A DNA stretch of 64,000 bases. It comes from an uncultured Anaerolineales bacterium. Lineage in GTDB: Bacteria; Planctomycetota; Phycisphaerae; FEN-1346. Shown here piece by piece: positions 36,778 through 45,734 of this stretch. A model generated the notes under the pieces. That model saw nothing but the letters and a program-made list of their open reading frames with translations. It was not told the origin of the DNA and did not search any database. The DNA is taken from assembly GCA_964461715.1 (NCBI GenBank), contig CAYWVR010000001.1, forward strand, positions 80,784 through 144,783, in the 5' to 3' direction. The stretch's first letter is position 1; each line of letters begins with the position of its first letter. The position numbers were made by a program, and so were the translations under genes.

Positions 36778-37752
36778 ATGCGCATCGTCTTCGCCGGGTC
36801 CGGAACCTTCGGATTACCCAGCCTGTGCGCCTTGCGGGACGGCGGACAGGAGGTCGCCCTCGTCGTCACGGCCCCCGACCGCCCCGCCGGGCGCGGCCAG
36901 GTGGTCCGCCCCGGGCCCGTCAAGCGATTCGCGCGGGACGAGGGGCTGGAGGTCCTCGAGACCGACACCGTCAACGCCCCGTCCGTCGTCCGCCGCATCC
37001 GGGACGCGCGGCCGGACCTCCTCCTGGTGATCGCCTTCGGCCGCAAGATCGGCCCGCTTCTGCTGGCCCTGCCGAGGTACGGGGCCGTCAATCTCCATGG
37101 GTCGCTCCTGCCGAAGTACCGCGGGGCGGCGCCCGTGAACTGGGCCCTCATCCGCGGCGAAACCGAGACGGGCCTCTCCGTCATCCGCATGACCGACCAG
37201 ATCGACGCCGGCGACATCCTCGGCCAGCGGGCCACCCCCGTTGATCCCGACGAGACCGCGGGCGAGCTGCACGAGCGTCTCGCGCGGCTCGGGTCGCGGC
37301 TCGTGACGGAGGTCGTGCGGGAGCTGGTGCTCGAGGAGGTCGAGCCGCGCCGCCAGAACGAGACCCAGGCGACCTTCGCCCCGCGCTTGAAGAAGCGCGA
37401 CGGGGCCATTGACTGGGACCGGCCCGCCCCGGACGTCCACAACCACATCCGCGGCGTCACGCCCTGGCCGGGGGCGTTCACCTACCTGCCGGGGAAGCGC
37501 GACAAGTCGCCACTGCGGATCGTCGTCAACCGGACGACCCTCCCGGAGGAAACCCCCCAAGGCGGCAAGCCCGGCGAGATGGTCGCCGCCTCCGAGGCCG
37601 GCCTCGACGTTGCCGCGGCCCGCGGGAGCGTCCGGCTCCTCGAGGTCACCCCCGCCGGCAAACGCACCATGACCGCCGCCGACTTCCTCCACGGATACCC
37701 GGTCCGGGCGGGCATCCGGTTCCTTTCGAGCGCGAAGGGCGCCTTGGCGTGA
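36778..37752 (+). CDS. fmt: Methionyl-tRNA formyltransferase
   Basis: MRIVFAGS, PDRPAGRG, NLHGSLLPKYRGAAP; start re-called at ATG 36778. Confidence 0.96.
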   Translation: MRIVFAGSGTFGLPSLCALRDGGQEVALVVTAPDRPAGRGQVVRPGPVKRFARDEGLEVLETDTVNAPSVVRRIRDARPDLLLVIAFGRKIGPLLLALPRYGAVNLHGSLLPKYRGAAPVNWALIRGETETGLSVIRMTDQIDAGDILGQRATPVDPDETAGELHERLARLGSRLVTEVVRELVLEEVEPRRQNETQATFAPRLKKRDGAIDWDRPAPDVHNHIRGVTPWPGAFTYLPGKRDKSPLRIVVNRTTLPEETPQGGKPGEMVAASEAGLDVAAARGSVRLLEVTPAGKRTMTAADFLHGYPVRAGIRFLSSAKGALA

Positions 37753-38186
37753 TCGATCGCACCGTCGTTCGCCTCAATAACGTGGCCGTCAAGCTCCGAC
37801 GCACCCGGTGCCGGCCCGAGGAGCTGTTGGTGCTCTTCTCGCGGTGCCTTCAGCGGTCGGCGTGCGAGTGCAACGTCGGCGACGATCTCGAGAACTGTAA
37901 GCGGTGCGGCCGGTGCGCCGTGGCCGACTTCCTCCGGCTTCGCGACGAGTACGGGGTGCGGGTCTTCATGGCCACGGGCGGGCGGCACGCGGTCGAGCGG
38001 GCCCGCGACCCGGAGATCAAGGCGATCGTGGCGGTGGCGTGCGAGAAGGAACTGAAAGGGGGCATCTTCGCGTCGCTGCCGAAAGCCGTGCTGGCTGCCG
38101 AGATCGCGTGGCCCGTCGGGCCCTGCAAGGACACGACGGTCGACATTCGCCGGGTGGAGGAGGCCGTGCGGTGGTTCCTCCGCTAG
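37749..38186 (+). CDS. DUF116 Cys-rich protein
   Basis: RCLQ...C, CKRCGRC, ATGG, VAVACE, CKDT; located between fmt and rsmB. Confidence 0.88.
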   Translation: MIDRTVVRLNNVAVKLRRTRCRPEELLVLFSRCLQRSACECNVGDDLENCKRCGRCAVADFLRLRDEYGVRVFMATGGRHAVERARDPEIKAIVAVACEKELKGGIFASLPKAVLAAEIAWPVGPCKDTTVDIRRVEEAVRWFLR

Positions 38187-39571
38187 GGTCCCCTGTCACC
38201 GCCCGGGCCGCCGCCCTCGAAGCCCTCCGCCGCGCCGAGGCCCCCGACCTGTTCCTCCAGGACGCCCTCCACGCCGTCTTCGCCGAGACCGACCTCGCGC
38301 CCCGCGACCGGGCCCTCGCGACCCAGCTCGCCGCCGGGACGATGCGCCATCGACGGACGCTGCGGCTCGTCGTCAGCCACGTGCGCGGCAAGGGGCGGCG
38401 GGCGTCGTCGATCCAGCCGGCGCTCCTGGCGATCCTCGAGCTTGCGGCCTTCCAGCTTCTCTTCCTCGACCGTGTGCCCGACTATGCCGCAGTCAACGAG
38501 GCCGTCGAGGCGGCCCGCGCCACGGCCCGCAGCGCCGGTGCCGCACGCAAGACGGCCGGGTTTATCAACGGGGTGCTGCGCGGCATCGGGCGACTCGTCC
38601 GGGGGCATGAGCCCGAGGGCGTGCCCGGGCGCGAGGCCCTCCCGCATCCGGAAAGGGGCGTGGTGCGGCTGGCCGAGCCCGTCCTCCCCGACCCGAGGAC
38701 GGACCGGGACGCGTTCCTCGGCGAGGCCTACTCGCTGCCCGACTGGCTCGTCCAGCGGTGGCTTACGACCTATGGGAAGCGGACCGAGTCGATCTGCGCG
38801 GCATCGAACCGGCGGCCGCGGACGATTGCCCGCGTCAACCCGATGAAGCAAGAGGCGCGGGCGCGGCTGGAAGAGGCGGGCCTCGATCCGGAAGGCGACG
38901 CGGTCGACGTCTCGCCGCTTGCGCCGGCGGAGTTGGCGGCCCTGCTCGATGAGGGGGTCGTCACGGTGCAGGACCGGTCCGCGATGGAGGCCGTGCGGCT
39001 GCTGGAAGCGCGGCCGGGGGAGCGGGTGTTGGACCTCTGCGCCGCGCCCGGCACGAAGACGACGCAGATCGTCGAGGCGATGGGCGATGAAGGGACGGTC
39101 CTCGCCTGCGACCGCGACGAGGGGAAGCTGGCCCCGGTGCGGGACGTGGCTGTCGCCCGAGGCTTCGCGAGCGTGAGGTGCTGTCCGGCAGCGGACCTTG
39201 CGGCCCTCGTTCCCGAAGGCGGATTCGACGCCGCCCTCGTCGACGCCCCGTGCTCGAACACGGGGGTCCTGGCGCGGCGGGTCGAGGCGCGGTGGCGGCT
39301 GCGGCCGAAGGACGTCGTGGAGCTCGCCGCCATCCAGTCGGAGCTCCTGGCGCGGGCGGCGGACCTCGTGCGACCCGGCGGGCGGCTCGTCTACTCGACC
39401 TGCTCGCTGGAGCCGGAGGAGAACGGGGGCGTCATCGACCGGTTCCTCGCCCGCGCGGACGGTTGGCGCGAGGTCCGTCGCGAGGCGATCCTGCCGACGC
39501 ACGACCATGACGGGGCGTTCGTCGCGCGCCTTGAGCGGGGGATCGCCACGGTCCTTGCCGGGGGCGCCTGA
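38171..39571 (+). CDS. rsmB: 16S rRNA m5C methyltransferase RsmB/Sun with NusB-like N-terminus
   Basis: GTG 38171 after GGAGG; YAAVNEAV, FINGVLR, DLCAAPGTKT, DAPCS, YSTCS. Confidence 0.92.
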   Translation: MVPPLGSPVTARAAALEALRRAEAPDLFLQDALHAVFAETDLAPRDRALATQLAAGTMRHRRTLRLVVSHVRGKGRRASSIQPALLAILELAAFQLLFLDRVPDYAAVNEAVEAARATARSAGAARKTAGFINGVLRGIGRLVRGHEPEGVPGREALPHPERGVVRLAEPVLPDPRTDRDAFLGEAYSLPDWLVQRWLTTYGKRTESICAASNRRPRTIARVNPMKQEARARLEEAGLDPEGDAVDVSPLAPAELAALLDEGVVTVQDRSAMEAVRLLEARPGERVLDLCAAPGTKTTQIVEAMGDEGTVLACDRDEGKLAPVRDVAVARGFASVRCCPAADLAALVPEGGFDAALVDAPCSNTGVLARRVEARWRLRPKDVVELAAIQSELLARAADLVRPGGRLVYSTCSLEPEENGGVIDRFLARADGWREVRREAILPTHDHDGAFVARLERGIATVLAGGA

Positions 39572-39589
39572 TCACGCTACCATGCCTCC

Positions 39590-40540
39590 ATGCCCGCCCT
39601 CGACCCCATGCCCGAACCGGACGTCGCCCGCGTTGATGGGGCCGCCGGGACGCGGGTCCAGTATCGCCGCGCGGCGCGGGGAGCCTGGGTCGGCATCGTC
39701 GGGAACCTGGTGCTCGGGGTGGCGAAGCTCGCGGGCGGCGTCCTGGGGACGAGCACGGCCCTCGTCGCCGACGCCCTGCACAGCCTCTCGGACTCGGTTT
39801 CGAGTGTCATCGTCCTCTGGGGCCTGAAGTCCGCCGGCCGCCCCGCCGACAAGGAGCACCCCTTCGGCCACGGCAAGGCCGAGTTCGTCGCCGCCCGAAC
39901 CGTGGCGATCCTGCTGATCTTCATCGCCATGGGGCTCGGGTATCAGGCGGTCACGAAGATTCTCGACCCGCCGGAGGCCGTGTTCCCGAAGCCGTTCACC
40001 CTCTGGTTCGTGATTGCGAGCGTCGTCGTCAAGGAGGGCCTTTTCCAGTACAAGATCCGGCTGGGGCGGCGTGTGGGGAGCGAGAGCCTGATCGCCGATG
40101 CGTGGCACCATCGGAGCGACGCGTTCTCGTCGCTGGCCGCCCTGGCGGGGATCGCGGCGGCCATCGTGCTGGGGCACGAGTGGAGGATTCTCGACCCGAT
40201 TGCCGCGCTGGCGATCGTCGGCCTCCTGGCGGCGATGGGCGTCAAGACGTTCCTGCGGGCCGGGTCGGCCCTGATGGACGAGGCCGCCGACGAGGAGACC
40301 GCCGCCGCCATCCGTCGCGCGGCCGTGGAGGTCGAGGGCGTCGAGGACCTGGAGAAGGTGATGACCCGCCGCTCGGGCCTCGAGATCCACGCCGAGCTGC
40401 ACGTAGAGGTGGACGCCGAGATGCCCGTCGGCGAGGCCCACGACATCGCGACCGCCGTCACCGCGCGCATCCGCCGCGAGGTCCCCGGCGTGACCCACGT
40501 GACGGTGCACGTTGAGCCATATGTCCCCGGGGATCATTGA
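39590..40540 (+). CDS. Cation diffusion facilitator (FieF-like)
   Basis: ADALHSLSD, HPFGHGKAE, ADAWHHRSD, VHVEP. Confidence 0.93.
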   Translation: MPALDPMPEPDVARVDGAAGTRVQYRRAARGAWVGIVGNLVLGVAKLAGGVLGTSTALVADALHSLSDSVSSVIVLWGLKSAGRPADKEHPFGHGKAEFVAARTVAILLIFIAMGLGYQAVTKILDPPEAVFPKPFTLWFVIASVVVKEGLFQYKIRLGRRVGSESLIADAWHHRSDAFSSLAALAGIAAAIVLGHEWRILDPIAALAIVGLLAAMGVKTFLRAGSALMDEAADEETAAAIRRAAVEVEGVEDLEKVMTRRSGLEIHAELHVEVDAEMPVGEAHDIATAVTARIRREVPGVTHVTVHVEPYVPGDH

Positions 40541-40582
40541 ACGGCAGGCATGGGGCATCAGGCAACGGCGACGGCTCGGCCG

Positions 40583-41038
40583 TCAGTCCAAGGGATTGTA
40601 CTTGTACCGTCCCCGGTGCGTCCCCGGCAGGTCCCCGGCCGTCAGCTCCGGCGTCCAATCGACGTTCAGGGGACGGTTGCGGGCGGCGTCGACGGCGGCG
40701 ACGAGGCGGTAGCGGGTCGGGTCGCCGTACCAGCCCACGTCGTAGCGGGCGACGAGGCGGCTCTCGGCCCCCTCGCGCCAGAGCTCGATCCGTTCGCACC
40801 CGTCGAGGTCGGGCGGCGTCTCGGTCGACGTGAACCAGCTTCCCCGGAGCATCAGGTCCCTCGGCCCGGCCGCCAGGGGCGGCATGGGCAGGTCGCCCCG
40901 CTTCATCCACACGGCCACCGCCGCCCCGCACCCCGGCCGCGCGTCGCCGACGTAGGCGGCCATGGCGACGGCCCCCGCGAGGGCCGCGATGACCAGCACC
41001 GCCAGGCCTTCCTTCTTCATCCTCGGCGTCTCGCTCAT
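40583..41038 (-). CDS. Hypothetical membrane-anchored or exported protein (151 aa)
   Basis: ATG 41038; N-terminal hydrophobic helix; no family recognised. Confidence 0.55.
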   Translation of the reverse strand: MSETPRMKKEGLAVLVIAALAGAVAMAAYVGDARPGCGAAVAVWMKRGDLPMPPLAAGPRDLMLRGSWFTSTETPPDLDGCERIELWREGAESRLVARYDVGWYGDPTRYRLVAAVDAARNRPLNVDWTPELTAGDLPGTHRGRYKYNPLD

Positions 41039-41311
41039 CAGCGCATCTTCCGCACGTGCTGCATCTCGGCGCCGGGCCCGTCGCCCGGTCGCCTCTTGAA
41101 CGCCGAGGCCGCGGCGAGGTTCCGTGGGATATCGTTGCGGCAGGGCGGGCACCTGTATGGTCGCCCCATTGGTTTGACGCGGGGGGTCTTTGACCCACGG
41201 CGAAGGCGCCGCGGACGGCGACGCCAAGAGCCGAAGCCTGAGTCCACCGCTTCCCCTTGCCCTTAGGAAGCGGACATTTCTACTGAGTCGCGACAGGCGC
41301 CCTGAAAACGG

Positions 41312-41340
41312 TTGGCATGGGGTCGGTGCGACATTACGAT
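41312..41340 (+). promoter_or_regulatory. Sigma70-type promoter for surE
   Basis: TTGGCA-17 bp-TACGAT. Confidence 0.6.
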
Positions 41341-41383
41341 AACGGGCCGGCGGCACGGGCCGCCCAAGTTCAAGCGAGGACCC

Positions 41384-42139
41384 ATGCGCATCCTTTCGAC
41401 GAACGACGACGGCATCATGGCCCCCGGCCTGCTGGCCATGCGCCGGTCGCTGGCGGCCGTGGGCGAGGTGACCGTCGCGGCCCCCATGACGGCCCAGTCG
41501 GCATGCGGCCACGCCATCAGCCTGAACGAGCCGGTCGTCTGCCACCGGATGGACCTCGGCGACGGCGTCAAGGGCTACGGCATCGAGGGCAGCCCCGCCG
41601 ACTGCGTCAAGCTCGCCCTGTTGGAGCTCTTGTCGGAACGGCCGGACCTCGTCGTCAGCGGCATCAACCTCGGGGAGAACGCCGGGATCAACGTCCTCTA
41701 TTCCGGGACGGTGGCGGCGGCGATCGAGGCGGCCTTCTACGGCGTGCCCTCGGTCGCCGTGAGCCTCGAGAGCGCCGACGAGGTGGACTTCGAGCGCGCG
41801 GCCGAGGTCGCGCGGGGTCTGGTCGAGCAGATCGCGGCGCAGCGGCCGCCGGCCGGCACGATGGTCAACATCAACCTCCCGAACCTCGTGGCCGGGCCGC
41901 CCGCGGGTCTGCGCGTCGTGCCGCAGAGCATCCGGAGCTGGAACGACCGGTGGGACCGGCGTCAGGACCCGCAGGGGCGGACCTACTACTGGATGTACGG
42001 GGACCGGCCGCCGGAGGAGGGGGACCGCTCGGACGTCGCGGCCCTCGCCGGACGGTACGTCACGGTGACGCCCCTTCGGTTCGACCTGACCGACCACGCC
42101 CGGCTCGACGAGGTCGAGGGGTGGGGCCTGCATCTCTAG
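41384..42139 (+). CDS. surE: 5'/3'-nucleotidase SurE
   Basis: MRILSTNDDG, GSPADCV, VSGINLGEN, YSGTVAAA. Confidence 0.96.
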   Translation: MRILSTNDDGIMAPGLLAMRRSLAAVGEVTVAAPMTAQSACGHAISLNEPVVCHRMDLGDGVKGYGIEGSPADCVKLALLELLSERPDLVVSGINLGENAGINVLYSGTVAAAIEAAFYGVPSVAVSLESADEVDFERAAEVARGLVEQIAAQRPPAGTMVNINLPNLVAGPPAGLRVVPQSIRSWNDRWDRRQDPQGRTYYWMYGDRPPEEGDRSDVAALAGRYVTVTPLRFDLTDHARLDEVEGWGLHL

Positions 42140-42145
42140 CCGTCT

Positions 42146-42742
42146 CTAGGGCCGGGCCCGCCGCACGAGCGGCACGAATTGCTCCGGATGGAACCGGTTG
42201 GGCCGGACGACCATCAGCGAGACGAGCCGCCACTGGCCGTCCGGGTCGGGCTCGAAGCGTCCCTCCCACGTCACGTTCTGGTAGATGCGGGGAATCTGGA
42301 ACTCCGCCCCCGGCTTCGACCGCACCAGGGCGCCTTGCCGCACCGTCGCCGCACCGTCCTCCATGCGGATCGTGCCGGGCGTGGGGAAGGCGAGGGTGAC
42401 CCGGGGCAGGCCGGCGTCGGCGAGGAGCATGAGGTCGTCCTTGCCGAACTTGCCGGCCCTGTAGCGGTCGCTGATCCGCTCGGCGAAGCGGACCACCTGG
42501 CCCCGCTCGGCGGCGTCCTTGAGGATGCGGACGCTGCGGCGGAGGGCCTCGCCGTCGGTCTCGACGAGGGCGTCGGCCGCCCCGAGTGCCAGGCCCGCCA
42601 GCGGCACGGCCACGGCCGCGACCAGCAGCCCCCGCGACCGCCGCCTCTGCCACGCCACCAGCAGGACGATCTCCGCGAGGCCCAGGGTCACCCACAGGGG
42701 CCGTGGGTCCTCCAGGATGAGCCACGTGAGGGCGTCGGTCAT
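42146..42742 (-). CDS. Hypothetical membrane protein (2 TM plus possible NTF2-like domain)
   Basis: Two N-terminal TM helices followed by an alpha+beta domain. Confidence 0.7.
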   Translation of the reverse strand: MTDALTWLILEDPRPLWVTLGLAEIVLLVAWQRRRSRGLLVAAVAVPLAGLALGAADALVETDGEALRRSVRILKDAAERGQVVRFAERISDRYRAGKFGKDDLMLLADAGLPRVTLAFPTPGTIRMEDGAATVRQGALVRSKPGAEFQIPRIYQNVTWEGRFEPDPDGQWRLVSLMVVRPNRFHPEQFVPLVRRARP

Positions 42743-42857
42743 GGGGTCTCCTCCTCGGGGGTCGGACCGTCCAGCCCCATCCTACCGCCGCCCGGGCGCC
42801 GGCGTCAGCAGAAAAAGGGGCGCCTCGGGCGACCGCGGGCGAGGCGCGAAATCCGCG

Positions 42858-42885
42858 TTGCATCCGCCGCGCCGCCAAGTATAAT
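42858..42885 (+). promoter_or_regulatory. Sigma70-type promoter for aminotransferase-serA
   Basis: TTGCAT-16 bp-TATAAT. Confidence 0.6.
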
Positions 42886-42959
42886 CGCACCCCCGGAAGC
42901 GTGAACCGCATCAGGCGGGCGCCGGCCCTCGCCGGACCCCACGGAAAGGACGATGCCCT

Positions 42960-44096
42960 ATGTTCAAGACGCGCCTGTTTGCCCCCGGCCCCACCCCCGT
43001 CCCCGAGGAGACGCTCCTCGCGCTCGCCAAGCCGATGTTCCACCATCGGACGGCCGAGTACCGGGCCATGCTCGAGCAGCTCACCCGGGACATGCAGGCC
43101 ATCCTCAAGACCTCCGCCGAGGTCTACACCATGACCGGCAGCGGCTCGGCCGCCATGGAGGCCGCCGTTGCCAACCTCGTGGGGCGCGGCGAGACGATGA
43201 TTGCCGTCCGCGGCGGGAAGTTCGGCGAGCGATGGAGCGAGATCGGCCAGGCCTTCGGCGCCGAGGTGGTCAACCTTGACGTCGAGTGGGGTGCCGCCGT
43301 CACGGCCGACTCGATCGAGGAGGCCCTCGGGGCCAACCCCTCCGCCGTCGCCGTCTACCTCCAGCACTGCGAGACGTCCACCGCCACCGCCTGCGACGTC
43401 AAGGCCATCGCCGAAGTCGTCGCCAAGACCGACGCGTGCCTTGTCGTCGACGGGATCACGGGCGTCGGCGCCCTGCCGTACCACATGGACGACTGGGGCG
43501 TGGACGTCACCGTCATCGGGAGCCAGAAGGCCCTGATGATGCCGGCGGGCCTGGGGTTCGTCGCCTGCTCCGAGAAGGCCTGGACGAAGATCGAGGCCAC
43601 CGACCCCGGCATGTACTACAACAACCTCCGGGCCTTCAAGAAGAGCCTCGCGAAGTGGGACAACCCCTGGACCCCCGCGAACTCGATGGTGCGGGCGGCG
43701 CTGGTCTCGACGGGCATGATCCGCGAGATGGGCATCGAGACCGTCTGGGCCGAGACGCGCCGCCGGGCCGAGGCGATGCGCGCCGCCGCCGAAGCCCTGG
43801 GCCTGGCCCTGTTCTCGAAAAGCCCCTCCGACAGCGTCACGGCCCTGTGCGTGCCGGAGGACGTCGACGGCGAGGCCCTGCCGAAGGTCCTCGCGAATGA
43901 CTTCGGCGCGCGGGCGGCGGGCGGCCAGGCCCAGCTCAAGGGCAAGATCGTCCGGTTCTCCCACATGGGCTACCTCGACGCCTTCGACACGCTCGCCGCC
44001 GTTGCGGCCCTGGAGATGGCCCTCGGCAAGCTCGGCCACAAGGTCGACTACGGCGCCGGCGTCGCCGCGGCCCAGAAGACGCTGGCCCGGGGCTGA
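42960..44096 (+). CDS. Class V PLP aminotransferase (alanine-glyoxylate/serine-pyruvate family)
   Basis: PGPTPV, GKFGERW, ETST, VDG, GSQKAL (PLP Lys), RFSHMG. Confidence 0.93.
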   Translation: MFKTRLFAPGPTPVPEETLLALAKPMFHHRTAEYRAMLEQLTRDMQAILKTSAEVYTMTGSGSAAMEAAVANLVGRGETMIAVRGGKFGERWSEIGQAFGAEVVNLDVEWGAAVTADSIEEALGANPSAVAVYLQHCETSTATACDVKAIAEVVAKTDACLVVDGITGVGALPYHMDDWGVDVTVIGSQKALMMPAGLGFVACSEKAWTKIEATDPGMYYNNLRAFKKSLAKWDNPWTPANSMVRAALVSTGMIREMGIETVWAETRRRAEAMRAAAEALGLALFSKSPSDSVTALCVPEDVDGEALPKVLANDFGARAAGGQAQLKGKIVRFSHMGYLDAFDTLAAVAALEMALGKLGHKVDYGAGVAAAQKTLARG

Positions 44097-44123
44097 CCGT
44101 ACAATCTCGCGAGAGGGACACGC

Positions 44124-45734
44124 ATGAAGATTCTGGTTTCCGACAAGCTGGCCGACGACGGCATCGAAATCCTCAAGGGCGAGCCCGGCTTCGAGGTCGA
44201 CGTTCGGACCGACCTGAAGCCCGACGAGCTCAAGGCCGAGATCGGCGCGTACGACGGTATCGTCATCCGCTCCGGCACGAAGCTGACGGCCGACGCCCTG
44301 GTCAAGCCGGGCAACCTGAAGGCCATCGCCCGGGCCGGCGTCGGCGTCGATAACGTCGACATCCCCACCGCCACCAAGCACGGCATCGTCGTGATGAACG
44401 CCCCGGACGGCAACACCATCTCGACGGCCGAGCTGACGATCGCCCTGATGCTCGCCGTCTTCCGCAACATCGTTCCCGCGTGCGAGAGCCTGAAGGGCGG
44501 CAAGTGGGACCGCAAGGCCTACATGGGTCGCCAGGTGGCCGGCAAGACCATCGGCATCGTCGGCCTCGGTCGGATCGGATCGGCCGTTGCCCGCCGCTGC
44601 CTCGCGTTGGACATGAAGGTCGTCGGCTACGACCCGTTCGTCGCGGGGGGCACGGACCTCGCGAAGCAGATCCGCCTCGTCGACAACCTCGACGACCTGC
44701 TCAAGGAGGCGGACGTCCTGACGGTCCACACGACGTTGACGGACCAGACGCGCGGCCTGATCGGGGCCGAGGCCCTCGGGAAGATGAAGAAGGGGTCGGT
44801 GGTTCTGAACTGTGCCCGGGGCGGCATCGTGGACGAGGCGGCCCTGGCCCAAGCCCTCGAATCCGGCCACATCGCCGGGGCCGGCCTCGATGTCTACACC
44901 TCCGAGCCGCCCGAGAATCGGGCCCTTGTCGAGCACCCGAAGGTCGTCTGTCTGCCGCACCTCGGCGCTTCGAGCCGCGAGGCGCAGGAGAACGTCGCCG
45001 TCGACGCCTGCCACGCCCTCGTCGATTACCTCAAGGGGCGGGACATGCGCAACTGCCTGAACGTCCCCGCCTTCGACTTCGAGAAGGCCGGCGAGCTCAA
45101 GCCCTACGCCGAGCTGGGCCACCGCATGGCCGCGGTGACCGCGGCTCTGGGGCAGGGGCGACTCAAGAAGATCACCGTCACCTACGCCGGCGAGCTGGCC
45201 AACGAATCCTACAAGATGGTCACCGTCAGCACGATCATGGGCCTGCTGCAGAACGTCGTCAGCGTGCCCCTGAACATGATCAACGCCCTGGTCGTGGCCC
45301 AGGAATGCGGGGTGGAGGTGGTCGAGCAGACCAGTGCCGATGCGCGCGGCTACGCCTCGAGCATCCGCCTGGCCGTCGAGACCGACCGGGCCCGCCACAC
45401 GATCTACGGTACGGTCTTCCACCGCACGTACCCGCGGATCACGGCCATCGACGACTTCTACATGGAGGTCAAGCCCGAGGGCGACATGGTCATCACCTTT
45501 AACCAGGACCGCCCGGGCATCATCGGCGAGGTCGGCACGATCTTCGGCTCGCACCGCATCAACATCGCCAGCATGGGCTTCGGCCGCAAGATCGATCAGA
45601 CCGAGGAGGCCTGCATCGTCCTGACGCTGGACCAGGTCCCGACCGCCGAGATCATGGAGGAGCTGCGGTCGAGGGAGTTTATGAAGGGGGTGGTCCACGT
45701 GAGCCTCCCGCCCCTGGTGAGCGAAGGTGAGTAG
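44124..45734 (+). CDS. serA: D-3-phosphoglycerate dehydrogenase (type I, ASB+ACT)
   Basis: RAGVGVDNVD, GLGRIG, NCARGG, PHLGAS, DRPGIIG. Confidence 0.96.
   Translation: MKILVSDKLADDGIEILKGEPGFEVDVRTDLKPDELKAEIGAYDGIVIRSGTKLTADALVKPGNLKAIARAGVGVDNVDIPTATKHGIVVMNAPDGNTISTAELTIALMLAVFRNIVPACESLKGGKWDRKAYMGRQVAGKTIGIVGLGRIGSAVARRCLALDMKVVGYDPFVAGGTDLAKQIRLVDNLDDLLKEADVLTVHTTLTDQTRGLIGAEALGKMKKGSVVLNCARGGIVDEAALAQALESGHIAGAGLDVYTSEPPENRALVEHPKVVCLPHLGASSREAQENVAVDACHALVDYLKGRDMRNCLNVPAFDFEKAGELKPYAELGHRMAAVTAALGQGRLKKITVTYAGELANESYKMVTVSTIMGLLQNVVSVPLNMINALVVAQECGVEVVEQTSADARGYASSIRLAVETDRARHTIYGTVFHRTYPRITAIDDFYMEVKPEGDMVITFNQDRPGIIGEVGTIFGSHRINIASMGFGRKIDQTEEACIVLTLDQVPTAEIMEELRSREFMKGVVHVSLPPLVSEGE

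Noticed and set aside
41038-41247. 69-aa ORF or riboswitch upstream of the hypothetical gene
   Set aside because: No recognisable protein motif or riboswitch consensus.
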